Below, piece by piece: positions 1 to 11,352 of a stretch of DNA of 64,000 bases. Numbering within the stretch: position 1 is the stretch's first letter; the number at the start of each line of letters is the position of its first letter. The translations under genes and the position numbers were made by a program. The notes under the pieces were generated by a model. It searched no databases. It was given only the letters and a program-made list of their open reading frames with translations, and was not told where the DNA came from. The DNA is from Phoronis australis (lineage: Eukaryota; Animalia; Phoronida): NCBI GenBank assembly GCA_002633005.1, contig NMRA01000540.1, positions 206,119 to 270,118 of the forward strand. Direction: 5' to 3'.

Positions 1-626
1 ATTTTCTGTCCAATTTTCCCACAAAAACGAGATTTATGAAAATTTTAGTCTATTACTAGCATGGTTCATATTGCGTAGATGTCACAAAACCATATTTGGT
101 TAAAATCCTATCACATGCATCAAAGCAGTAAACCTTTGAAAATGTGAAAAATGAGAAATTTGGCAATTTTTGTGCAAAGCAACTGGACAAGACATACATC
201 CAATGAATTTCCATGGCTACAAGTTGAAAGAGGTCAGGCTAGCATGCAATCAGTAGTGAGCCTGGTGTTCTTTTTATTACCAATGATACTTTAACCAACA
301 GCTTTTCTCTATGGTTGTGTGAAGCACCACTCCTAACGCCATCAGCCAGTGAGCAGGCTCCGAACAATGCCTGGACACATTACTACTCAATGAGGTGTGC
401 TGTTCTTTCAGACAATCACTGAACCTTTTTCAGGCAAGGCTAATAAAAATATAAGGTATATACATTTCTAGGGCTTTTGCCATAACCAAGCAGACTTTTT
501 ACAAAATCTGTCTTTTTGTTGAAAACTGCTGAAGAAAAAATTAAGGTCCAAAAGTTCATACATATCAGGCGAATGAAAAAGTTCAGCTACAGAAACGCCA
601 AACCTTCGCAGGTAGTGCCTACTCAC

Positions 627-763
627 CAGTGTATCTATGTATGTGTCCGTTTTTGGCTCCACGGCCATCTCAGCCTCGTAGATCTTCTCAACAGGCATGT
701 CCGAGTTGGCCGAGCTCGTGCTCTCCACTTCACCCTCACCGCGCCGCATGCGGTCTTCCGGCC
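627..763 (-). CDS. RXR: Retinoid X receptor coding exon 5 (hinge / start of ligand-binding domain); gene continues beyond window start
   Basis: ccttacag|GG CCG GAA...ACA CTG|gtgagt; 137 nt, phase 1 to 0; encodes (G)[45 protein letters not shown], the RXR hinge/helix-1 signature (EVESTS...DMPVE.I.EAE.AVE). Confidence 0.95.
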
Positions 764-1447
764 CTGTAAGGTACATGATGAATAACGGAGGTCTCGCTCA
801 CAGTGCCACAAACGGTCTTCCTATATTTTGAACTTATGCGATTGAGGTCTAATGATGTACACAGTCAACTGATGATTGACACGTAAATGCAGTACTCCCA
901 ACCACACCAATCCTTTGAGATAAACAAGTAACAGTTTGTAACGCATATAACGTCACCGAATTGTTAACTATTGCAATTCACCAAAAGCAGATATAAACAA
1001 GCAAAAAATTGCAGCCCACGCATGCCTTATACAATGTGTATCAGGTCACCAGCACTATTTCTTAATCACAGAAAATACAGTGGGCCACAAGTATAGTAGT
1101 TCTTCACATGTTTAGCACTTTGTACAGCCAACGGGAGTGAAATTCTATTTATTTCATGTTAAATTTCTCCCCGAAAGTAATGATCGTGAACATATCAATC
1201 TCTTACAAGCACGGATTGCAGCGTGTAGGTGTCATGAACTGATATTTGCAATTTCCATTATTTGCAAAAAGATATCCAGTCTTCGAAAAATGAAAAAAAA
1301 ATTTTTTTTGGCAATTCTCATTACGGTATGCAGAATGAAGAGAGAACGAAAGTAGTATAGCACTATACAAAAAATCTGACTGTGTAGACAGCGCTCAAAA
1401 TGACCAGTCTAAAGTCACATCACTGCAAAGTGGTCGTGGCAACTTAC

Positions 1448-1480
1448 CCTTTTCGCCTCTTCTCGTGTCTTCCTGGACAG
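1448..1480 (-). CDS. RXR: RXR coding exon 4, 33-nt T-box micro-exon
   Basis: ttctcttattttcag|CT GTC CAG GAA GAC ACG AGA AGA GGC GAA AAG G|gtaagt; phase 1-1; gives (A)VQEDTRRGEK(G), continuing GMKRE-AVQE. Confidence 0.88.
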
Positions 1481-2438
1481 CTGAAAATAAGAGAACAGAG
1501 ATGTACTAATGACCAACTCGAGAGTGCACAAACCTCTATCATCTTCTCAAAGTGGTTATAAACCCACCATCTTACATTTAGACCACTTACCAATATAAAA
1601 CTGATAACAAATCATTCTTTAATGAAGCTGGACGGGATTTCAAGGATTTGAAAGAACTGTCAGTTCTTAAGTGCTCGAGACCAGGCTGCACAAGTAGTCT
1701 TGTCAACGACGGTGATTTTAAGCTCCAACCACAGTATCAAGGAATAACAAACTGTGTCGCTCTTTGCAAACCCAGACCTGACTTGGCATCTCAGACACCA
1801 ACATGTCGAGATCACAGCGCCACCACGTCTAAATAAAAAATTGAGTCTGCCTCTTGGACAAAACGTGGTTAATTACTGATGACACACCGATGACTATCTG
1901 TTGACTACAGCAGTTTTCAAAATGAAGTGGTGTTAAAATTTGAGGAAGCGTCAATGCACAGGACTGTGACTAAATGAACATATGTTCAACATCAACCTGT
2001 TTCAATGCTGGCTAAATTTCAACAGAAGCTGCTCCATGCACCGTGTTGGAATCTCATAACATAAGGCGAAACCCTGCTTAAAATTTGACAAAAACACTAA
2101 TCTAATACGGCAAAAGCTGGGGTAACCTGCCGAGCATTTTTGCCAAGAAATTCGCCCAGTTTTGTGCAGTCTGCCTGAGTTCTATCAAAATCTGTCTCGT
2201 TTCTGATAAAAACACAACTAGATCTCTCAAATGGTTATATACAAGACGAAATGTAATCAAAAACCTTCTTACAAAGAAACCTGATGGCAAGCCGCACCTA
2301 ACTCCCATAATTCACAGTTCAATCGAAGGTCTTTTATGGTATCACATAAGCAGTTCATGCCCATAATTAGACGAATCTTCATGTTTCATGCCCATATTTA
2401 GCCTTCCCTTTACATTACATGCCCACAATTAGACTCAC

Positions 2439-2596
2439 CTTCACGTTTCATGCCCATATTTAGGCACTTCATATAGCGGCAGTACTGGCAGCGGTTGCGC
2501 TGTCGCTTGTCAATTATGCAGTTGCGATCATCCCGGCAAGCGTAGGTCAGCTCTTTGCGAACGGTTCGCTTGAAGAAACCTTTACACCCCTCACAG
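2439..2596 (-). CDS. RXR: RXR coding exon 3 (DNA-binding domain, P-box and second zinc finger)
   Basis: ttcttttctag|C TGT GAG GGG...CGT GAA G|gtgagt; 158 nt; (S)[52 protein letters not shown]. Confidence 0.98.
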
Positions 2597-3143
2597 CTAG
2601 AAAAGAAATCATCACTTTAAGATGTCCATGGAAACTTCAATGGTTAACTTTTCCCAATTCCTGAAAAGAGCACTTACCTCCACATGAAAACATTCCATAC
2701 TTCCTTTAACAGTCCCTCTGATTAATTACTACCAATTTACATTAAAACCATTATAAAATCCAGATTGTTTTGCAGAATGACTAGTTCCCAGGCTCCCAGA
2801 GGTACACAGCGTACATTTAAAAGGTGTTCGTCTCATTTCAAAATACACTGAAGTTATGAGACAAAGACTGAACTTCAAGTAATTGAAAGGCCTAAAAATT
2901 CCTGTTTCCTAATCTATGAAGCCGACAACAAAGGGCGTGATGAGGCTAAATGATATGCTACTGTTGCTACTTTACCACTTTTTTGAGAAAGCCTTCTTTT
3001 CAGCTCGACTTGCTGCAGAGTATCTACGGCTTTCATGAACTGCATAGCCTGCATCGCTGTAATACCATCATTTTGCTCAACACTTTTATACCGTGAACAT
3101 TAATACATTATTAGTGACAATGCCAACACTTAGAGGCAGTTAC

Positions 3144-3522
3144 CTGTAAACCCCATAATGCTTGCCGCTGGCTCTGTCCCCACAGATGGCGCAGATGTGC
3201 TTCGTCGATAAGTGAGTCGTGTGTGGCATGTGAGGAGGTGGCGACCCTGTCCCCACTGACATGGGCGACATGGAGAACGAGCTTGTGGGTGAGAGGGGCG
3301 CGCCTGATGAAGGTGAGTGCATGGGTGGGCTACTCATGGGAGGGGTGATGGGCGCGGTCATGTGACCGTGGTGGTAGGCGGCGGCGGCCGCGTAGTATGG
3401 GGGGAGTGGCCCCCCGTGACTCATAGTCTGACTCTGCAGCTGACCTATGTCTGGCTTGAGCTCCGGGGGGCTACCCATCGACATGGGGCTGCCGATCTCC
3501 AGCCCGTTGGAATCGACTGAGT
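3144..3522 (-). CDS. RXR: RXR coding exon 2 (A/B domain and first half of zinc finger 1)
   Basis: tctttttcag|AC TCA GTC...GTT TAC AG|gtaact; (D)[28 protein letters not shown]...[21 protein letters not shown](S); the [20 protein letters not shown] motif is typical of RXR. Confidence 0.97.
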
Positions 3523-3558
3523 CTGAAAAAGACAGAAGAAACGTAGACAAGAAATAAG

Positions 3559-3725
3559 CAAACCATAACAGAGGTTGGCATAGTGCGGTAGGTTGGAGTA
3601 CTGGTAGTATACCAAACTGTAACAAGAGGTTGGCATAGTGCAGTAGGTTGGAGTACTGGCAGTATACCAAACTATAACAGAGGTTGGCATAGTGCGGTAG
3701 GTTGGAATACTGGCAGTATACCAAA
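3559..3725. repeat. Minisatellite, 3 copies of a 54-55 bp unit, just 5' of the RXR exon 2 acceptor
   Basis: caaacYRtaac(a)agaggttggcatagtgcRgtaggttggaRtactggYagtatac repeated, starting at 3559, 3613 and 3668. Confidence 0.95.
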
Positions 3726-4835
3726 TCACCAGTCACTTGACCATGTGCATGGCCCAAGAAGGATAAGGTTACCAATGTCTCAAATACAACACCCCTAACT
3801 CTTTTATTTACAGCATTATCTGTGAAGAGAACCATCAAAGCTAACCCAGCCATCCAAGACTGACAACTAAGCATCAATATCATCTGGCACTAATATGTTA
3901 AACATAAACTGTTGTTCAAGTTGTACAAGTGGTTGTTGTTGGGTTGGCTACAGTATTTACAGGAACTGTCCTCTGTCTGACATGGATTTGTGCTAATCAG
4001 CCAACCCTGAAGTGGTGAGTTTAAAAAACACTTGAATGGCGAGCAGCACTTACACTGAGCATCAATCTTAACTACTGTTTCCAAAGAGAGTGATGTGACC
4101 TTTCAAATGGAATTTTGATTTTGCAAAACAACCAGTGTAGGATCCCACTCATACGCAATCCCAATCCGCATAAACAGCCAGTGGTTGGAAAAGTTTCTGT
4201 ATTTGACCAGGTTAATGCCCAATTCATATTCAAAATCACAGGGAGGGCATTTTCTGAAAAGGCGAGGAGGGAGACATCACTTGAACTAGCTTGATTTTGG
4301 TAAATATTCAGATCTTTGGGAGGTGATTCACCAGTCATCTCATAAAGGAAGTGATTGTACATAGAAGTCAACCAAACAGCATGTGAACCTGGGAGTCAGC
4401 AAACTGAAATAACATACTTGTCATGGTATTCACAAGCCCGTGGCCCTTCAAACGGACACACTCGGAGCGAAAGGTAATTTTTCAACATCAAATCAAAAAT
4501 AAGGATCACCTGTCCACCCATGTCTGGTAAGTATGTCTCTCTCTGTCCCCTCCCCCAAGCCCTATATGTCTGTTGAATTACCCCTCCCCCCTTTAACTTG
4601 ATGGTGGTGTGCTGGTCAGCTTGGTAAAATGTTGGAGATCATGCTCAGAGTTCCATAGGCATGCAACATAATGTGACTATGGCCTTACTAGATAACTGTG
4701 GTCACATTTTGGCAACCTAGCCACACCAGAGTGGGCACTGTTGCTTTCAAGCACCTCTGGCTTCGAACTTAAGAATATAAGAATATTTATCAACATACAC
4801 AAAGTAACCCTGTTGTGATGGAGACTGTAAACAAA

Positions 4836-6386
4836 CTAGGATTTCATTGCTAAGAGCTTTGAAGCTACTACAAACCAGTTTTGATAGTGATCTGTAAAAT
4901 AGCACTACAGATAGAATTATTGAAATTGTTCACAACCGGAATTTATTGATGCTAACACCAGAAGACACACAGCAACATAGGCAGAGTGATAAGTGGAGGG
5001 AATGATAACTTTTATTAGCCTTTAGCATACGCACAATTGCCACAAACAATTTTATCTTATGCAATTCTAATATAGAAATTTGCATGGACTGCATAAAATT
5101 GACTACTGAACATAACAGACAGCGCCATCTGTGGCCAGTCTGCCATGTATGCTGCTTAACTCAAGCATGGATGATTTCAGGGAATGCTATGAATATACAA
5201 CAACTCACCCTATTGGAAGTGTTCTTAACTTCACAATTTCTCACTTGTTGTCTGGTGTTTAGGCACAGCGAGCGTCAAAATGGTAAAGAATTTACTTGGT
5301 TCCACGAATCTTTAAAAATTTAGATAGTTTTGCCTTTTGTTATGACTGACGCCAGATGTTCAAAATGCTCTATTAAGAATGCAGTAAACTGTCTTAGTTT
5401 TAACCAAAATATTATAAGGACAAAAGAGTACAAAATTACACCTTATGTTACAAATGAACAAGTCACTACAAAAATAGACAGTCAACGAGTATTGTTGCAC
5501 CCAATAAATACTGGAAACATTCTTTGATTTAGCACAAAAGATGGTGGACAGCACACAAGATGATGGACAGCACACAAGATGGTGGACAGCACACNNNNNN
5601 NNNNNNNNNNNNNNNNNNNNNNNNNNNCTAGGATTTCATTGCTAAGAGCTTTGAAGCTACTACAAACCAGTTTTGATAGTGATCTGTAAAATAGCACTAC
5701 AGATAGAATTATAGAAATTGTTCACAACCGGAATTTATTGATGCTAACACCAGAAGACACACAGCAACATAGGCAGACTGATAAGTGGAGGGAATGATAA
5801 CTTTTATTAGCCTTTAGCATACGCACAATTGCCACAAACAATTTTATCTTATGCAATTCTAATATAGAAATTTGCATGGACTGCATAAAATTGACTACTG
5901 AACATAACAGACAGCGCCATCTGTGGGCAGTCTGCCATGTATGCTGCTTAACTCAAGCATGGATGATTTCAGGGAATGCTATGAATATACAACAACTCAC
6001 CCTATTGGAAGTGTTCTTAACTTCACAATTTCTCACTTGTTGTCTGGTGTTTAGGCACAGCGAGCGTCAAAATGGTAAAGAATTTACTTGGTTCCACGAA
6101 TCTTTAAAAATTTAGATAGTTTTGCCTTTTGTTATGACTGACGCCAGATGTTCAAAATGCTCTATTAAGAATGCAGTAAACTGTCTTAGTTTTAACCAAA
6201 ATATTATAAGGACAAAAGAGTACAAAATTACACCTTATGTTACAAATGAACAAGTCACTACAAAAATAGACAGTCAACGAGTATTGTTGCACCCAATAAA
6301 TACTGGAAACATTCTTTGATTTAGCACAAAAGATGGTGGACAGCACACAAGATGATGGACAGCACACAAGATGGTGGACAGCACAC
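4836..6386. repeat. ~760 bp near-identical direct duplication flanking an N gap (probable assembly/haplotype artefact)
   Basis: 4836-5594 recurs at 5628-6386 (offset 792) with three substitutions that I noticed; N run 5595-5627 lies between the copies. Confidence 0.9.
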
Positions 6387-6415
6387 AAGATGGTGGACAG
6401 CACACGATGGTGGAC
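6329..6415. repeat. 19-bp tandem repeat (aagatggtggacagcacac)n; also at 5537-5594 abutting the gap
   Basis: About 4.5 copies visible directly. Confidence 0.9.
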
Positions 6416-9400
6416 AAATTTCTTAACAAAAATGAACGAGAAGAAACTTTGATTTCACCAAGAATACATCCAGTACAGCAAAAATAGCACAAGAAATAAT
6501 TTAAGAAAATTTCAAGCACTTTAATAAGAAATCAACGCATTTGAACTGCAATTTTGGCAGCCATTATGAGCGAAACTGAAGAGATAAACTCTTCTGACAA
6601 GTAGGGGGAAAAGTTGTTTCCTTCTTGTTCACAACAATTTCACACCACAAAACACATGCCCGCTCTAATCAAGATACGAAAAACAGAGAACAGTTTCATA
6701 ACATGACTAATTTTATAACAAAATGCCAATTACGGTAACAAACGTCTAAATCAAGTCTTCCAAATAAAATAATTGCTTATGGCATTTTTGTAATTTCAAG
6801 AGTCTATTACATTGCCAGCAAATACAATTTCCCCCTAAGCGTTTCTGAGGACAGATGTACATGAATAACGTCACCAATCATAAAATATATCTATAAGATA
6901 TACACTAAAATTAAATTCATTCCCCCTCTGGCGACCAACAGCACAATATCTGAATGACTCATGTACTATTTGCAATTAACTGACAAAAGATTAATTTCTT
7001 AAGAACAAAAATGAAAATCATCACTTTTTACAATAAAAAAACGAATGTAGCCCAACAAGAAAAGTGCTGTTCTCATTTCAAAATTAGTGGAAATGATCCC
7101 GTGTACTTTCACACTAATTTTAAATTGGAAAAAAATTTGCTTTCAGACATAGATTTGCCAGGGTTTTTAATCCACCAAATTTAGCTAGATTAATACCAGG
7201 GAAAATTATTCATCACCTGCGCGGTTTGTTGATTCAATTAAAATTCTGCTCGTTATCAGCATCATAAAACTACTAGTGCTCGTGCACGCATTATACTGCA
7301 CTGACTACGTAGTAGCGGTGTCTGCCAATAGGGGCGACGTAACTTTCGGTATTCGTGAATCCTTTGGAGACACGGCACTTTTTAGAATTAATCCTCCATA
7401 TTTTTGAACTGAAATATTTCCGAGATTTCAAAATATATGGGACTGGCACAATAGAATATAGACTATTTTACCAATTGATCCATCCACCCATCTCCAAGGA
7501 GTGAGTGCTGAGCAGGACATAACATTCTAATGACAGCAGATCTAATTCTTGAAATTTTTGAAATCAAATTCCATCTGCCTGTCATGTACTGTGAGTTAAA
7601 TTGGGGACGAATTGCAGTCAATCTAATAGGCATTCGTAAATTCTTCTGTAAACCATGGCTGGCATAAAACAAGATGAGTTTTAAAACACTGTGTGCTACA
7701 CAACAAACTGATCCCAGGTGGTAATTAGGTAAATTGTACACCAACACTGAGCACAATTGTACAACAAGAAGAAGGCTACTTATTAAGTCAACATAGACAC
7801 ATTTAATAAACCCTCATCTTAGCCCAAGATGTTGCAAAACAATAACACCACTGAGCCCCAGTAAGTGTGCACAATCCCAGGGTTCAATGACCACCTTAAA
7901 AATTTTAGGGAGAACAAGTGGAAACAGCAATAACCGGGTCCTTGAAAACACTTGATAGCCACTTATTTAGGACTAAACATGACTGGCGAGTGAAGTTTTA
8001 TTTTGCCAAATTTCTCTAGAGAATCAGAATTAAAAAATGTCAGTCTATTACTAGCATGTTTTTGCTAAAGAAGTGATTGAAATACCAAAGCACTATTAGT
8101 CCTGTTCTCTACACAGACTGACTTTGAGATCCCGTGCTCATAACAAAGAAAAGAACACAACCACATGGAAAATAGCTCATACAACTTTAAATTTCACAAG
8201 AAAGCAAATATTGCCAATTCCGTCAGAAATGATGAAAAGAGTTCTGTAGGGGGCAGACATCTTTATACATTCAAAATTTGAATGAAGCCCTTGACCCATT
8301 TTTGAGATATTACAAGGAATTAGGATTTGAGAAACATAGACTGAACAAAAACTTCAATATTTTCAATAAAAAAATCCACCCACCTTAGTTGCGACAATAC
8401 AATTCTCTGTCACCACATCAGGCACTAACTGTCTTTACAAACTATTCCCAGAAGCTCTCCCTAAAATGCTGCCACCCACAGTGTCAATGGCTCAGTGGTC
8501 AATAACCCCTGCCTGGTCTAGGCTAGACAAGCTGAATTATGATGTTCCAGTGAGCTAAAGACACACAGGAATTTCCTAACTGTCTGACACACTTCTGAGT
8601 TCTGACTACTAGTTGGTGTCATGACAGACCACTAGGTCATCGCCACTGACAGGCTTATGGGTGTATCAACAGATGATGACTGCCCTCGTCCGTGACATAA
8701 AGATCCTGACATACCATGATAATAAAAACGGACAAAATTCATTGAATCTGTCTTTTTTTACGGAATTGAAGGTTTCCAAAGAAACTAACATATTTCCGCA
8801 GTAGATAAAAATTTTCTAATGTTATAGCAACGAAGTATTGAGAACTCAATCCATCAAATTACATGATTATGATCACAAGTGTTATGCAGCAGACATGTTC
8901 ATTATTTCTGAATGTGATGCAGTCCTTTCTCTGGTTTTGAGGAACAACAAATATGGCATGCAACAAGTTGCTGGTATAAGGGACATGTTGCATACTTCAG
9001 CAGAAAAAGTAGGGCAATTCCAGGGGTAATTTTCATCACTTGGAATATGAAAACAAAATTTGCCACTTTGCAAAATAGAAGAAAAACAACATATCATGTC
9101 GGCTAAAGCAGATTTCTCAGTTTTTGAAAACGAAAAATCCTAGTCTCCACATTGGCTGATTCATGACATTGACATTTACTGCACACCGAGGAAAACCAGA
9201 CCCAGGGGCATGTAATAGCAACTTGACAACCAGTCCATTTGCATATTAGACACATTGTAAAGTTGAGATTTACTGATAACAGAGGTCATGCACTCAAGAT
9301 TCATGATCTGTAAGAAAAACAGTGTGTCAGCCACTGGCAATGTCATGTAAGCCAATCCTATTTCTGAAAAACAACAAGCCCACGTTAGAAAACTAAACCT

Positions 9401-10862
9401 AGGCCCAATTTTTTAAGTGAATATGGAACCCACACGAACACATGAATGAATTGGCCCTTTAAGGAAATCTTGCAACTTCTAAAACCAGTTAGTTACATAA
9501 TGTTATAAAAAGCCCTAGAAAATGTTCAAATCTGGCCAACTTTGGAACGTCATGTCTCATAAAATGATTCTTAGATTCATACCAAACTTTTACATTATGC
9601 TTAAATGCACTGTTCTTCAAACTTTTATCAGGAATCATTTTAAGATGTTCTACTTTTCGATGTGGACTTTCATAACCTTCATGAAAACAATGAAAAAAAT
9701 GAATAGAGAAATAATTTACAAACTGCAACAGCAATTTTGAGATTTCATCTAGCTGTTAATGCTGCCGTTTTGCTATGAATGTACCCTTCCTTTTTGGCAA
9801 GTCTTACTAAAAAAGTGGTCACATGACCCAAGTAAAAGCAGACTAGCACAATGCCAAAAACCAAATGCTACTTTCACTTCAAACTTTCAACAAGATCAGA
9901 TTGAACGTGACAAAACCACAACAACAGGAAATTCAAACTAGACAGCAATTAGGAAATCTTCAGACATCCGTGTTCACTGTGGGTGGCTAGAATCAATTAG
10001 CATTCAAAATGTGATAATTCCGCTTCACAAATAACGAATTTCCCACGATTTAAAAACTGATGTATTGTTTTCCAAACTCTAAGCTGGTGAGCCCAAGTCG
10101 ACACAGCTAAGTCCAAACTCCAGCAATGAGTCGAATCAGGTTGTGGAGAAGACCGTCCCAGTTGGGTAAGGGGCGTATACATAGTTGATATAAAAATGTT
10201 GTTTTCCCCTAGCAGGAAACTCCGGCGGTAAATTGAAAGGCCATTTAAATACCCTCATCTTTCTTCTATGGCCAGCATCATTGGAGTTTTGCCAAGTCAC
10301 CTGGATTAACACCAGATGGCGCTGTTGATTTGCGCATTTGACTGAATATGCGTGTCCATTTTCAAGTCATGACCTCTAGCGATTACGGTACTCCTACACT
10401 GGAATTGACCTTTCCCACAGCACGAGCATTGCGCAACTCCGCAATAAAATCCAACTATTTCAAGGCATTCCGATGGCTGCCTTAGTCCGGTATATACACT
10501 TTCCCACAGAACAAAACTCCTCAAAACAGGGGAGTTGCTCCGCTAGTGCGAAAGTGGTATCGTCACAGCCACGGAAATACTCATATAAAAAGCTTAAAAA
10601 GTGATTTGCCTTATCAATTAAACTGAAGTATGCGGACATCATTTGACTTCATAGAAAAGTCATTAAACCACATCATGTCTCCATTATCTCACATCAAAGC
10701 TTATCACATTTTTGATGTCCTAAACACATCCACTTAAAACTCAAAATAAAGCAGACTTAACCTGCCTACAAGTGACACCTGGCTATGTTGCCTGGCAACA
10801 CAAACTGCAATTACAAAAGTCTTTAAATCAGTCACTTGTGTACGTCTCTGTGATCAAAACAT

Positions 10863-11352
10863 AAGCCCCTTTCATATTGACTTAACTCCGGTCTGACGTA
10901 AACAGCGCAGTTAACTGGACCGTTCATACTGGCTTCGGTAGTTAATGACCATCAAAGTAAAGGGTCGGTGACGCTGACGTCATCGAAGTTATCGCAAGGT
11001 AGCGATGCACACTAAGATTTTTTTCAATGTGACAATTTGGGAACATTTAAATGTGCTAAATGACATTAAACTCATTTTTAAATCGATTGGTTATCATTAG
11101 AGCAAAAAATAAGTAGTGACGGCACTATTCTGTAACTGTTGATGATAACAGTGGCACCTGGCGATAACTTCAATTGCACCGGAGTTAAGCGTTCATACTG
11201 CACCGCAGCGTCGACGCTGCGGTCTTAAATCCACCTGTTAACTGCGATATTAACTGGAGCTGTTAACTGCGATCCAGGACCGGAGCTAAGCGTTCACACT
11301 GACCGCAACTCCCGAAACCATAGACGCATCGACGTTAGTATGAATGGCCCTA
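10863..11352. mobile_element. MITE with short imperfect TIRs (PIF/Harbinger-like ends) and internal gttcatactg / ttaact repeats
   Basis: Left end gcccctttcatattgac; right end reverse complement gggccattcatactaac; internal cggagttaagcgttcatactg / cggagctaagcgttcacactg. Confidence 0.55.

Noticed and set aside
1-626. Next RXR LBD exon (expected ..ICQAADKQLF.LVEWAK..)
   Set aside because: Not found in any minus-strand frame I read; it presumably lies outside the window.
3523-3883. Hydrophobic N-terminal extension of the 247-aa ORF, suggesting a membrane-anchored RXR
   Set aside because: Intronic read-through across a minisatellite; there is a strong acceptor at 3523 and a phase-matched MDRS exon upstream.
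4836-6386. Duplicated ORFs (79, 65 and 71/83 aa) suggesting tandem genes
   Set aside because: Near-identical copies flank an N gap ending in a tandem repeat, which is a typical scaffolding/haplotype artefact; the ORFs lack coding features.
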